A stretch of 64,000 bases of DNA from Lama guanicoe (GCA_013239625.1 MU055753.1:4326153-4390152); one strand, 5' to 3'. Positions 1-13,589 are shown, counted from the stretch's first letter. Numbers and translations are program-made. Notes: a model not told the origin generated them from the sequence alone.

Positions 1-3000
1 CCAGGAGTGGGAGTGAGGTCCAGCCTATTTTTGATTCAGCTGCTGCTCCTTGTGCACTTACTGTGTGCCAGGCACTCATCTGGCCCCTGATTGTCAAATG
101 GGAACATTCAGGGTTGCAGGTGGTGGAGGTGAGCAGGGTCAGTGCCCAGGGTCTCAGACCAGGCTCTCCTCAGTAGTCTCCTTGCACTGGCTCCCGCTTC
201 CTGGACTCTCCGGTGCCTCAGTCATCCCCGTGGCAGGAACGTCTGCTCCTCAGTGGGACCCTCTCGCACTCCTCCTCCAGCCCTGGGCCCTAATGGCTAC
301 TCCCCTCGCTCCCACTTAGAGCAGCCCTTGTTGTCCGGTTACCCTGCCGGGCCTGGTTACCCTGCGGGGCCTTTGTCCCTCAGCTTCACCCCCAGCCTCG
401 CCTCTTGCTCTTGAGCTGCTCCGTGTGCAGGTGTGTAGCATCACTGCTCTGTCCCCATTGTGAGCTTCTGCTTCGTCAGCCCCTGCCATTCACTTCTAGA
501 TGCCCATTTGAGTGTCTCCGGATGTGTCTGGGCCCTGGCTGGGTGACCATGAATGTGGCCAGAGTGACTCAGGCACTGTGTGACCCCTCCCTGGGCTGTG
601 TTTCTCCTCGCACTCAGGGGCAGCAGAGCAGAGATGCTGCTGGGAATCCCCCCCCCGAGGGGCCTTCTGGGAACAAGAGCCCACTGTGCGCCAGGAGGAG
701 GCCGAGACACTGAGCCACTGTCTCCTCTGGGCGGGCACCGTGCCCCTTCCTGGCCCAGACTCTTTGTCTGGCCTGGGCCTGTCCCTCCCCCACAGCCTCA
801 GGGTCCACTACAGAGCACCCCCCCCCGCTACTTTTGAATCCCATCCACTTGAGGGCCAGATTGGGGTGGATGGGCACCCAGGAGTAGGACGGGCTGGGAA
901 CCCACAGCACTGAGGGCAGGGAGCTGGGCGGGTTAGGAGCACCCTCCAGCCTCTGCCTCAATCACAAGAGGGGGTTGGGTGGCGGTGAGGGACGCCAGGA
1001 GGTCTGCGTGCACAGGCAGGGAGCTGGTGCCTCTGTCACTAGCTGACCGGCTCTTGGTGTCTCTGGGGCTCCTTGTGTGTGCTCGCCACCCCCCCCCCTT
1101 GCTTGTGCTGTCCCTGCGAGTTGGATGCTGAGCGCTGGTCTCCTGGTTCAGATCCCAGAGGGACCAGTTCTCAGGATGCCGCCCAGACCCCGCCCGCCTC
1201 CACCCACTTCTAGGGAGCCTTGCATCTGACTGCAGCTTGTGGGGCTTGGGTTGGGCAGGGGCCTGGAAGGGCTTCCCAGGGGTATGGGAATAAGTGCTGC
1301 CCTGGGCCCTTTTCCGAGGGTCAGAGCTGGTGGAGGCAGGGGAGAGGGGCTTGGCCCTGGGGGGCTATGTCGATGGAGAGACTCCTGGGGCATAATCAAC
1401 TCAGATTGGAATGTAAGGGATGGGGCAGGAAGTCAGAAGGCATCCCTAAATGACCTCCTCCTCCCTGGGCCTGTTTCTGGTCAGCATAGGGCCCATGGGG
1501 GTGTGAGGAGTTGCCCTGGGATTGTTCCTAACTGGTCCAGGGCCAGCGGAAGTGTGAGCGGTGAGTCACGTCACTGTAGGGGTAACAGGAGTGAGTAGTG
1601 TCGTGGGCCTACCCCTGGTCGGTATAGAGCCAGTCGGAACTATGATCAATGGATCAATGTTCAGGCCTGGCCCTGTCTGGTACAGGGCCAGTGGGACCTG
1701 GTGCTGGGTCCTGGGTGGGACCCCAGTTGTCATAAGACCACTAGAAGCTGTGAGTACTGTCCTGGGCATGTCTGTGGGTGGCCTGGGGCTGGTAGCAGCT
1801 GTAAGCAGGATGTGGGGCTGCCTGTTTTTTGTGTGGGGCCAGGAGGAGCCGTGTGCTGTGCCCTCCCCGGTCTGTGTACAAGAGTGAGTGGCCTCCTTGG
1901 ACATCCCCAGGTCAGTACCTAGCTGGGAGTTGCTCTAAGCAGGGTCCCGGCCCTTCCCTGGTCTGTGTAAGTCCAGTAGCAGCTGTGTCCCTAATTATGC
2001 TGCCCTGAATATGTGACCTTGGACCAGGCAGGCCTTCCTTCTAGGCCTCAGTTTCCCCATTTGTAAAGTAAGAATGGGGCTTACTCTTACTTTACAAATA
2101 GGAAGAGTATCTCCTCCAAGCATTTGAGAAGGAGGCTCAGAATTGGAAGCTGTTTCTGGGGATATGAACAGATGGGTTACAGACACCGCTGTTCAGAAGC
2201 TGTCAGGGTCTGAAGCCCTTTGAGGAGGCCTAGGGATTTGGGTTTCTTGGCCCTCCTAGAATTGCTCTCCTGCTATCCTTGTTCCACTGTGCTCAGGAAC
2301 CTCCTGTCTTGGTTGGTTGTCCTATTTCCAGACCCCTTGTGCTCCTCCTTTGGGGACAGGACCCTAACCCTAACCTTGAAAGTGGTGTTTGGTGAAGGGG
2401 AAAATAGTACCAAGGAGGCCAGTGCTCAACATTACATGGAGAAGCGGTGGTGGCCTCTCTCTTCCGGGTCCTGGTCCGTTCCCCTGTGCCAAGGTGATAC
2501 GAGGTAGAGCTCTCAGATGCTGCGGAGCAGGCCACCCTCCCACGCTCAGCTTCTTTGCTGCTGTTTCTGGGCATGTGGCGCCCCCTGGTGGTCATGGCTG
2601 TGTTTTCACCTGGTGGTTTTCAGGTGGTCCCTTGGCTGTTGGAGCTCTTGGACCCTGGAAACCATGTGGTCCCTCCATGAGTTGGAGGGATCACGCACCC
2701 CTGTTGTGGGTCCTCTGTTTCTGGAACAGCTGTCATGGTGGTTAAGAGAGTGAGGTCTGGGTCACCAGGCTTGAGATTTGCCCCAATGTACTGTTGGGGC
2801 CTGCCTGTGTCCTCATGCTCACTCATACCTCTGCACTGGCCTCGCTCTCTGTGTGAGGATCACCCCGCCCCCCACTCTTGCTCACTAGATCACCTTGGAA
2901 GCCTTTGCTCTGATGTCATCTCGCTGGGAGGCATCACTGCCTCTGGAAACCGGAGCGTACTATCTTATCCCTATCACCCTTTGCATCTTTTAGCACCTTC

Positions 3001-3386
3001 CGTCTACTTACAGGTGTATTGTTTGTCTGCACTAGAAGCTCCAGGAGTGCTGGGACTTTGTCTGTTTTGGTTTCCTTGTTTCCCCACCAACATAAGCACC
3101 TAGGAGTGGCTTATAGCAGGTTGTTAACTACGTGTCCCATGAATTTCTCGTCTGAGGACCTAGTATGTGCCTGGCAATATCTTTTGGGATGACAGAGGCA
3201 GGTGCCAAGCGTGTCAGTGCTGAGCACATCCTAGCACTTTGGCAATGGGAGCTGGGCCTCCCTCCCCCTGGGGTCATCACTGCTTCCCTATCCTCCTGGG
3301 AGCCCCATGAACCTTCAGAGACCTGTCAGCATTGTTACTGAATAACCCGCCGCACCCTCTAGGCCCGCCCTGCTCTGCTTGGAACC

Positions 3387-6300
3387 ATGAGCGAGGTCCG
3401 CAGGGACAGCACCAGCAGCCTGCAGCGGAAGAAGCCACCGTGGCTGAAGCTAGATATCCCAGCTGTGGCGCCCCCGGCTGCCGAGGAGCCCAGCTTCCTG
3501 CAGGTAGGCCCTGGCCAGCAGGGGCTGTGGGGCCACCCTGTCCAGCCCCCTCACCGTGACCCCGTCGCCCAGCCCCTAAGACGCCAGGCATTCTTGCGGA
3601 GTGTGAGTATGCCAGCCGAGACTGCCCACCTGCCCTCACCCCACCATGAGCCCCGGCGGCCAGTACTGCAACGCCAGATGTCCATCACGCAGACCATCCG
3701 CAGGTACCCGTCCATCCTGGCTGCTCCGGGGTTGGGGGCTGGGGGCTGGTGGGGCAGAGGCAGGCACACAGAGCCCCCTTTGGGTCCCGGGGCTGGGGAT
3801 GGAGCAGAGGCCCCTCTTGTCTTGGCTTCCTCCTCCATCTGTCCCCCATGTCACCCTGTCCTTTTCCTGCTCTGGGGACCAAAAGCTATTACCTACCACC
3901 TTTCTCTGCTCTCCCCCAGCACTTGCTCTCTCCTCTCTGTCTCCCCCACCCAAATGCTCTGGCCCCCGGACAGCCGACAGGTGCGCTTTGGGCGTGTCCA
4001 CACTCTGCCCCTCTCGGGTCCCCCCGCTGCCCGCAGGGCCCTCACGCAGCGCCCGTCTCTCTCTCGGTCCCTGCTCAGGTACCGTGGGCAGGGCATGAGT
4101 GTGTTGGCATCAGCTGGCGTGTGCATGGCTTATGACCTCTTGGGAGCTGCCAGCGTGGTTGGTGTTCCCTGGGGGCTCCTAATGGCAGGTGCTGGCAGCA
4201 TTTTTGTGCATATGTCCAAGGGCTGGGGGCAGCCTGCCTGAGTTTACAGCGCCCACTGCCTGGGTTCTGTGGCATCTGAGGTCAAGCTGCTGCCCAGGGC
4301 TGAGCTTTCTCTGGCTGAGCTGAGGGCTGAACTCTGAATTCTATCTCGTGGCTCAGTGTCTACCCACAAACCCCCAATTCAGGGATGAGGATGAGGGCCT
4401 GTGTGAAACACTCACCTTTTTCACACAGGCCTGCCAGCTATGGTGCTAGTGGCAAGCTGGATTTGGCTAATTGTTTACTGGGGGGCCAAGGCTGAAGCCT
4501 ACTTATTCTCTGAATCAGACCCAGCCCACCTGGACCCCAGACCCTGGAGTTACAGGAGGCCTGGGGTAGGCACAGTGCCCAGATGGGGTGCCTGTGAGGC
4601 CCCTACTGGGGAGAGGGGAGAGCTGGCTTCCCCTTGCTGACTCCCTCCCGTGGCAGGGGCACTGCTGACTGGTTTGGAGTGAGCAAGGACAATGACAGCA
4701 CCCAGAAGTGGCAGCGCAAGAGCATCCGTCACTGCAGCCAGCGCTATGGGAAGCTGAAGCCCCAGGTCATCCGGGAGCTGGACCTGCCCAGCCAGGACAA
4801 CGTGTCGCTGACCAGCACTGAGACGCCCCCTCCACTGTATGTGGGGCCATGCCAACTGGGCATGCAGAAGGTATGCCCTTCTGCTGCTGCTGCTGCCTCC
4901 CATAGGCCCTCTACTCTGCTCCCCTGAACCAGGGTTGGGGACATGGCCAGCCTAAGCAAAGGAGGTTGCTTGGAGCTTGTGGTCTGGGAGGTTGGTCCCA
5001 TAAAGGCACCTAAGATACCCTCAGGGGAGGGGGTTTTGGGGGAAATGACAGGGTCCTGGGATTGTACAGCCCGTGCCCAGGGTGAACAGCTTAGTACACG
5101 AAATATAGGTGGAGAGAGGGACCCATCAGCCCAGTGGGGTGAGGTGGTACCCACTTAGCTGTCCAGGGGACCTATTGGGGCATGAGAGGAGCAGCAACTG
5201 TGTTCTCCACAGTGGGGTCTGGGGAAGGGAAGGCACCTCCTCCGCAACCACCCAGCGCCTGACTCCGGCATCTCCTCCCCTCCTCCAGATCATAGACCCC
5301 CTGGCCCGGGGCCGGGCCTTCCGCTTGGCAGATGACGCCACCGATGGCCTGAGTGCCCCGCACACGCCTGTCACACCGGGTGCTGCTTCCCTCTGCTCCT
5401 TCTCCAGCTCCCGCTCTGGTTTCAACCGGCTCCCACGGCGGCGCAAGCGCGAGTCGGTGGCCAAGATGAGCTTCCGGGCGGCCGCTGCGCTGGTGAAGGT
5501 GGCTGCAGGGGGCTGGGCTGGGGGTGGGGCCGAGCCGGCACCACGCCTCGTGCTCGCTCACCCCTTCGCTGGCAGGGCCGCTCGGTTAGGGATGGCACCT
5601 TGCGCCGAGTGCAGCGCCGAAGCTTCACTCCTGCCAGCTTCTTGGAGGAGGACACAGCTGACTTCCCCGACGAGCTAGACACGTCCTTCTTTGCTCGGGT
5701 AAGAGCCTGTGGGCATCACCTGTGACCCCTTCGCCTGTGCGTCTCACGCTGACTGCGCGTGTTTGCTCAGGAAGGTGTCCTCCACGAGGAGCTGTCCACG
5801 TACCCGGACGAGGTGTTTGAATCCCCATCAGAGGCAGCGCTCAAGGAGTGGGAGAAAGCCCCAGAGCAGGCGGACCTCACGGGCGGGGCCCTGGACCGCA
5901 GCGAGCTTGAGCGCAGCCATTTGATGTTGTGAGTGATTCCCTGCAGGCTGGGGAAGGGTTGAGGGGAGGCCCTGCTGCTGTCGGGGACCTCTGGGCACGA
6001 GGTCATGACACCCTTGAGGGCCAAGGGGTGAAGTCGTCTCGAGGACTGGGAGCCCAGCTTGGCAACTGCGACTGGGGGACCCAGGACTGGGCACAGTTCG
6101 AGCCTTGGCGGCCCACACCAGAAACACGACGGCAGTCCCACAGCCCACAGGCTGGAGAGAATCCAACTAGGGGTGGGGTGGGGGTGAGGGAGGTGATGTA
6201 GTTAATACCTGTAGATGGGCCAGGGAACCTCATGTAGGTCCAGTTCCCACCTCCCTGCCATACCCGGAGCGGCTCAAGATTGCTGTTTTACTGGTAAGGA

Positions 6301-9300
6301 GGAGGCTGCTGTTGACATCAGCCTGTCACTCAGTATCTTCACTGTTGGATGGGAGCAAAAGACGCAGGACTGCCCTCCTTCTGCAGGGAATGGACTGCAG
6401 CAGGTGGGAAGTCTCGGGCTGGAAGTGACAGCACTCCTTCCCCCAGGCCTCTGGAACGTGGCTGGCGCAAGCAGAAGGAGGGTGGTGCTGCGGCCTCGCA
6501 GCCCAAGGTGCGGCTGCGGCAGGAGGTGGTGAGCACAGTGGGGCAGCGGCGTGGCCAGCGCATCGCGATGCCGGTGCGCAAGTTCTTCGCCAGGGAGAAG
6601 CGGCCCTACGGGCTGGGCATGGTGGGCCGGCTCACCAACCGCACTTACCGCAAGCGAATTGACAGCTATGTCAAACGGCAGATTGAGGACATGGACGACC
6701 ACAGGTAGGCATGGAGGGGATGTGGCTTCTGGCAGGCAAGGCTCCAGGTTGGGGGTGGGGGCTTCTGGTGGAGGATGCTGCCTCTCCTGACAATTTGCCC
6801 CGCAGGCCTTTCTTCACCTACTGGCTCACCTTCGTGCACTCACTCGTCACCATTCTAGCCGTGTGCATCTATGGTATAGCACCGGTAGGCTTCTCACAGC
6901 ACGAGACCGTGGACTCGGTGAGCCTGGGTGCCCTCCTGTGAGAGCTGGGCTCTGGGCTCCCGCCCTCCTATTCTGGGAGGAGAGGGCCCAACTGAGCTCC
7001 GTCTGAACTNNNNNNNNNNNNNNNNNNNNNNNNNNNNNNNNNNNNNNNNNNNNNNNNNNNNNNNNNNNNNNNNNNNNNNNNNNNNNNNNNNNNNNNNNNN
7101 NNNNNNNNNNNNNNNNNNNNNNNNNNNNNNNNNNNNNNNNNNNNGCGGAGACCCTGAGCTGGCAAGGGCCGGGCCGCAGCTGCAGCGGCACATCCCATTC
7201 CCCTGCAGGAGGCTCTCATTCACCTGGGTGCCAAGTTCTCGCCCTGCATGCGCCAGGATCCGCAGGTGCATAGTTTCATCCACGCTGCGCGTGAACGCGA
7301 AAAGCATTCGGCCTGCTGCGTGCGCAACGACCGATCTGGCTGCGTGCAGACCTCGGAGGAAGAGTGCTCGGTGCGTGCCCTACCAGCTGCTGGCGGCCTG
7401 GTCTGCTCCTTGTGTTTGTGGTTCCCTTGAAATTTCAGATAGAGCCGGTTGAGCTGTCCTCAACTCCTAGTTCTCAGAATGTTATTCCATTGGTCTTTGG
7501 AAGGCCCCTCACCTCACATTCTCCCCTTTTCATCCCAACCTCCATTTCTGCCGGTGGCCCTGTAGACAGCATGCCCTTAATTAGGGTGCTCTCTTTCCCC
7601 ACGTGTCCATCTTACTTTTTTGTATGTGTCTTAAGTTTACATAAGTTGTATTGCCTTATTTTTCCCACTAAACAGTCTTAAAATTTCACCCAAGTTTTTT
7701 TTTAATCTTATGTGCAGTTTCCTGATTTCGGATACAAGTTGTTTCTGTTTTTAAGCTAATAGAAATTATGCTGTTGAACATAACAATCTCCCAACAGGTC
7801 TGCACATTCCCAGAGTGTCAATTCATAGAGGTTGGGTTGTACAGTCGGGAGGAGGAACTCAGTGGTTTTACTTTTGATACCTGCCTCCTGGAGATGGCCC
7901 TGGGAGAGGGGTGGGCTCTGCCCAGGGGCTGACCCTGTGTCCTCCCACAGTCCACGCTGGCAGTGTGGGTGAAGTGGCCCTTCCATCCCAGTGCCCCAGA
8001 CCTTGCTGGCCACAAAAGGCAGTTCGGCTCTGTCTGCCATCAGGACCCCAGGTCAGTGCTGCTGGCTCCCCCCTTTGTTTGTGTCTCTCTTGGGAGTAGG
8101 GTGGGCAAGTGCTAAGCCAAGGGCACAAAGCAAGGTCTGACCACATCCTGGGGTCATGCAGGGTGTGTGACGAGCCTTCCTCCGAGGACCCCCATGAGTG
8201 GCCCGATGACATCACCAAGTGGCCGGTGAGCTGGGGTGAAGGGGTTCTTGGGAAGTCACCTTTGTTTTGGTGGGGAGGAAATGATACCTTACCCATTAGT
8301 AATGGCAGAGAAGTCCCTATTGTGGGACCTCCCTGTGTTTTCAGATGCTACGCCATGGCCTTTAAGCCAGCCTGTCCATCCACCAATGCTTCTCTGAGCA
8401 GGTAGTCAGAGCAAAACCAGGTGGAGACTTGGGAGGTCAAATGACATTTTTCCAGTTTGACAGATGGTCCAACTGAGGTTCAGCTTGAAGCCTGCTTGTA
8501 GTCAAGGGAGGCCTGTTTCCTACCCTAGGAGCCTGTCCATCATTGCCCCGACCAAGCATGGTGAAGGGCCCAGGGTAGGGGAGGACTTGACCCAACTTAT
8601 CCCCATTTGTGACCCAGATCTGCACCAAAAACAGCGCTGGCAACCACACGAACCACCCTCACATGGACTGTGTCATCACGGGCCGGCCCTGCTGCATTGG
8701 CACCAAGGGCAGGTAGGGGTGCCTGTGTGTGCATGTGCAGCTGGTTCTGGGCACAGATTGTTGCCCTTGGGCTGGGCCCTTCTCCGCTACCAAGTCCCCC
8801 AAAACCCGACACCAGGGGGTGTGCGGTGACAAAGGGTCTGGACTTATCCAGGGCCAGCAAAGGTGGGCAAGCGGGGCTGAAGCCAGGGCCTAGGTCCCAG
8901 CGAGTCTCCCTCTGTCAGTCCTCCCAACCCTGCCTGACCTTGTAGGTGTGAGATCACCTCCCGGGAGTACTGTGACTTCATGAGGGGCTACTTCCATGAG
9001 GAAGCCACACTCTGCTCTCAGGTAGGCCTCTGGGGTGAGGGTCCCTCTCCTCTCCCCCTAGCTGCGGTGGGAGCTGATGGGCCCTCTGCACAGGTACACT
9101 GCATGGACGACGTGTGTGGGCTCCTGCCCTTCCTCAACCCCGAGGTGCCTGACCAGTTCTACCGCCTGTGGCTGTCCCTCTTCTTGCACGCTGGGCAAGT
9201 GACACTGTGGGCTGAGCGGGGTGGGGTGGGGTGAGGTGGGCGGTCTCAAGGACCCTAGAAGTAGCTGGCTGGCCTTCCCTGAGTGTCCCCCACTCCCGCC

Positions 9301-10083
9301 CCTACAGGATCCTGCACNNNNNNNNNNNNNNNNNNNNNNNNNNNNNNNNNNNNNNNNNNNNNNNNNNNNNNNNNNNNNNNNNNNNNNNNNNNNNNNNNNN
9401 NNNNNNNNNNNNNNNNNNNNNNNNNNNNNNNNNNNNNNNNNNNNNNNNNNNNNNNNNNNNNNNNNGGCAGCCTCAGGGTGGGGCCCTCCCGTGTGCACCT
9501 GTGGCCTGGCAGGAGCTGGGTCCACATCAGCACAGAGCTGCTCGAGCCCCTCCACTTGGCTCCTCCATCCTGATACGCTCTGGGCCACGGGAGGTGGGAA
9601 GACAGGCTTGGGGTACAGGGGCCTGCTCAGGCCCGCCGGCTCACACCACCCACCCACCCCCAGGTGGGCCCAGCCGGCTCACAGTTCGGCATCCTGGCCT
9701 GCCTCTTCGTGGAGCTCTTCCAGAGCTGGCAGATCCTGGCGCGACCCTGGCGGGCCTTCTTCAAGCTGCTGGCCGTGGTGCTCTTCCTCTTCACCTTCGG
9801 GCTGCTACCCTGGATCGACAACTTTGCCCACATCTCGGGCTTCATCAGCGGCCTCTTCCTCTCCTTTGCCTTCCTGCCCTATATCAGCTTCGGCAAGTTC
9901 GACCTGTACCGCAAGCGCTGCCNNNNNNNNNNNNNNNNNNNNNNNNNNNNNNNNNNNNNNNNNNNNNNNNNNNNNNNNNNNNNNNNNNNNNNNNNNNNNN
10001 NNNNNNNNNNNNNNNNNNNNNNNNNNNNNNNNNNNNNNNNNNNNNNNNNNNNNNNNNNNNNGCTGGACGCTCAGCTCCACTGA
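3387..10083 (+). CDS. RHBDF1: Inactive rhomboid protein 1 (iRhom1), multi-exon CDS, about 856 aa
   Basis: Coding exons read with splice sites and consistent phase: 3387-3503, 3573-3703, 4657-4870, 5289-5498, 5576-5698, 5771-5928, 6447-6704, 6806-6917, [one ~75-nt exon hidden in N-run 7010-7144], 7209-7370, 7951-8051, 8162-8225, 8618-8712, 8946-9021, 9094-9194, 9308-~9461 (mostly N), 9664-10083. Peptides [36 protein letters not shown], the Cys-rich iRhom homology domain, pseudo-catalytic GPAGSQFG and C-terminal LDAQLH* match iRhom1. Non-coding exon 1 presumably lies upstream of the window. Confidence 0.97.
3974..4078 (+). other. RHBDF1: Candidate alternative (cassette) coding exon of RHBDF1
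   Basis: Pyrimidine-rich tract plus cag at 3971-3973 and donor AG|gtaccg after 4078. 105 nt, phase 2-2, no stop; encodes (S)[34 protein letters not shown](R). Confidence 0.6.
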
Positions 10084-10284
10084 GCGGGCGGGGGCGCTGG
10101 GGCCACACGCTCCAGTGGGCAGAACCTGACCCGTGGGCAAGGGACTCTGCGAGCGCCGATTCCCAAACACAGACCCCTTGTGCCTTGTTCACTGCTGGTG
10201 AACCTCTCGTACTTCCCTGCATTTCTTACACTAGTTCCTGCCATGATCCTCTAACTTGTCTCTCGACGACCACCTCACGTGGCC

Positions 10285-10290
10285 AATAAA
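10285..10290 (+). terminator. RHBDF1 polyadenylation signal
   Basis: AATAAA about 200 nt after the RHBDF1 stop codon. Confidence 0.75.
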
Positions 10291-10951
10291 TGGACCGGGA
10301 GCGTTTTAGCTGCCACTAACTTGACCACAGCTGCTTCTCCTTTCTGGTTTCTGGCCAGGGGCTCTGGAGGGAGGTCTCTCAGGTCAATTCCTCAGAATAG
10401 GGAACTAAGTGTCAAATGCATCTCCCAGTGACACCGTCAGTCAGGTGGACACGCCCCATCCCCATTCTATAGAATGACTAACTGGTAGGCAACGATGGGA
10501 CGAGGATAGACGAGTATGCTGTCCCACCTCCCCATGCACACCGAGGAGCACCCCATCCCAGCCGCCCCTGCCCAGCCACCTGCTCCCAATTCCAGCCCCA
10601 GGCTACCTCCCTTTCCAGGAGCCACTGAAGACACTGTTGTGGGTGGGCCCCATGGGCTGAAGCTGGAGGCCCTGTCCACGGCTGGGCTCAGACTGCAGGC
10701 CCCCTGTGTCCCCACAAGCAGAAACAGAAAGCTAGTCACTGTGTTTTTACTTCCTCCTGGCTGTAGACATCAGAGTGACAGGCTCGTGTGGTTTGGGGAG
10801 AGGGGTGGCCCAAGCTTCAGGTGTAGCATCTCAGACTTTGGGACTCACCCACCACCAGTCTCTGCCTCTGCCTCCCATCTCTGATGGGGCAGTGCCAGTC
10901 CCTTCTGCCCCTGGAACTGTGGCTTGACTTCGCAGACTAAGCAAAAATAGG

Positions 10952-10957
10952 TTTATT
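10952..10957 (-). terminator. SNRNP25 polyadenylation signal
   Basis: tttatt on + (AATAAA on -) about 130 nt after the SNRNP25 stop; convergent with RHBDF1. Confidence 0.7.
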
Positions 10958-11084
10958 CTGTGCACAGGGCCAGGCTCCCAGCCCTGTGGAATCTGCCGTG
11001 TGATAAGGATTCATGCTGATAGTCCAGTTGGGCCCATCTGGGGTGAGGTGAGCTCAAGACTCAGAATTGTCCTTGTCTGGAGAT

Positions 11085-13589
11085 TCACTTTTGTCTCAGC
11101 TTTTTGATGAAGGATACCTCATCCCGATTCCGGATACCATAGCTGAAAGAGAAGGAAGGGCATGAAGTGTCCAATCTACAGAAGGGCACATTTGTGAATC
11201 CTCACCTGAGGCTGGTGAGGGACTGAGAGAAAGCAGGTGGAAAGAGCATGGTGTTCAGGAAGGTAAGGAGGTGGCAGTGGTCATCCTCCCACCCCCACGC
11301 ACGCTCTTATTTCTCTTCCCCTGGCTCTGCAGCCCTGAACTGCCTCTGGTGAGAAGCAGCAGGACCCCATCCCCTTCCGTTGCTCCTCTGCCTCCTGTTC
11401 TAGCAGGGAGGCCTCCAGGAAGCTCCTTGCAGGAGGGCGTCAGTCCAACCAGGGACTTTCCTGGCCTCACACATTCCCCAGGAAGTGATTTAAGATCCTT
11501 CCTTCCTTTAAAAGCACCTGGAGGGGACCCCAGCCCTATGGCAGAGCATGGGGAGTAAGAAAGCCACAGAACAGATACCTCCCTGCAGCTCAAGACAGCC
11601 TGAACTTACTCTCGGAGCTTCTTCCGGTCCTCTGTGAGTTTCTCTCCTGCGGAGGTCAGATGGTATGTCCTCCACACATAGGACCTGTAAGATGAGGACT
11701 CAGTAAACCATGAACAGGGTAAGCAGGGCAGCTGGGATGCAGATGCTGGGCATGAGGATGACTCAAGGCGCTCAGCTCTGCAGGTCCTGAGGCAGCCAGT
11801 CTCCTCCAGGCTATTTTCCTGTACCACGTGTGTACCAGGTGTGAGGCAGGTACAAGAAGGCACTGATCTCAAAGGGATGCATGGGGTGGCTGGGGGCCAA
11901 ACACACCTGGCTAATGAAACAGGTGGCAGTACCAAGACACGGCTAACAGGAAACTGAGGGTGAGGACCCAGGTGAGGAGCTGGCAGCCGTACCATCTGTC
12001 ACTAGGGAAACCACTTCCAGACACACTGGAAATGCCCTAGGGTGTCCCAATGTGAAGATATCCAGCTGCCCAGATGGCAGCTTCCCCAGGGAGGGTGATG
12101 GAGGCACAAAAGCACCTGCCCTGTCTGAAGGCTCGGGACAGGGAGCCTGTGGCTTCCACCTGCACTCTGTAGCAGAGCCCAGGTGACAGCAAGTGCTCGT
12201 GTGGAGTCCCACACCAGCTCCCGTGAAGGGCTGCAAGCAGGAGCTGCTGGCCGCCCCACCTACCAGCTGATGTGCTGAATGCCCCCTTCACGCTCCTGCC
12301 TGAGCTGCACGTATCGCTGGATGGCCTTCTTCAGGTCGAGGACCGTGGCATTCTGGACTACAACCACAGCTGCAACCAGGGACACAAATGGGAGAAAAAC
12401 CATGGTGGGAACCTGCAGCCACAGCCTCAGACAGCTAGAGAGGAACACTGAAGTTCTGTTTCCTCCCGAGGCTCAAGTCTGGGCAGGCTGGGCTTGTGGC
12501 TGCCCCAACACCTCTAGACACTGCCCTGAGTTTCCCACTGACCAGTCCTGCTAACATCTTTCCCTGTGAAAGTTGAAACTGCACGGCCTCAAGGGAGGGC
12601 AGCACTTACGCATTACTTCTCCATCCATCTTGCACACTCGGACCGTCATTGCTTGGCCATATTCTAGTGCTATTTGGGAATTGACCTCTTCCAAAGTAAC
12701 CTAGAAAAGACCAAGGGTGGTGGTGGGAACCCTGGCTGTCTTTACCACTCAGACCAACAATAAAGGAAAACAAGGCGATAGTGTTCAACAAGTGATGCTA
12801 TATTTTTTCAAGGTTCTTGCTCATATGTGAGAGTTTCCCAGTTTTTCAGCACCTCAATCTCGTGTCCCACCCACGTTTTCTATTAAGTGGACAGAGACTT
12901 GGGAGAAAGAAGAGCAAAGAAACAGACAAGGAGAATGGACCAACTTGAGAATCAGCCCCTGGCTCCTCCAGCCTGGGTGCTGGGTGGGAGGATGGACATT
13001 CGGCCTGACTGTCCAGCCTGAGATCCCCTGACCACCAGGACCCAGGCCAGGGCCTCACATAAGACTGAGGCAGGGGTGCAAAATTTACCGGGTCACCAAA
13101 AAACGGTAATGATCAACATCTTAATACAAGTGTTAAGGAAATAGGAGTTAAAAATTCCATGACGGAAAATAACAAGGATTAAAAGCTGGACCCTACCAAA
13201 CCATACTGAAGATTGAGAAGGAAAAAACCAGTAATACAGATCTTGTTTTTATTTGAAATTATATTACTTTGCCTATCATAGGCTTTTTTACACAAACTTT
13301 GCGTTTTAAAAACACTGCACTGACATGTCACGTGTCCTGACCAGAGGGTTTTTGGCACCCCTTTAAATTACGCCCCCGAGGCGAGAGCCTCCCTCGCCCC
13401 TCCACGCCCGGCCGGGGCTAAAACCCGCATTTACGCCCGGAGGCGTCTTCTCCAGTCCTTTGGGCCGCAGCCCGCCATCGGCACCCCCGGGGTCCGTCCG
13501 CGCCCCAACACACCGCCTCGATAGGAAGGCCCCCGCCCCGCCCGCACCTGGATCGGAAGGTCGCAGAGCAGCGGGTCCTGCACCACCAT
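11085..13589 (-). CDS. SNRNP25: U11/U12 snRNP 25 kDa protein (ubiquitin-like fold), 123 aa from first ATG
   Basis: Minus-strand exons 13589-13548 (MVVQDPLLCDLPIQ), 12700-12610 (VTLEEVNSQIALEYGQAMTVRVCKMDGEVM), 12369-12264 (PVVVVQNATVLDLKKAIQRYVQLRQEREGGIQHISW), 11684-11610 (SYVWRTYHLTSAGEKLTEDRKKLR), 11142-11085 (DYGIRNRDEVSFIKKLRQK*). All introns are GT-AG; total 372 nt. Confidence 0.96.
13048..13413. mobile_element. MER96B-like hAT-Tip100 MITE (degenerate, palindromic) in SNRNP25 intron 1
   Basis: Left end gggtgcaaaattt..caccaaaaaac and right end gtttttggcaccc..taaatt..cgaggcgag..cctc are inverted repeats around an AT-rich core; resembles the MER96B consensus as recalled. Confidence 0.65.

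Noticed and set aside
2361-2375. ccctaaccctaacc telomere-like hexamers
   Set aside because: Only two units in an RHBDF1 intron; compatible with chance.
3387-4241. 284-aa continuous ORF at the RHBDF1 start
   Set aside because: The frame simply stays open through introns; clear splice signals define the real exons.
7010-7144. Apparent loss of an RHBDF1 exon
   Set aside because: The expected exon position falls within the N-run and the flanking phases are compatible.
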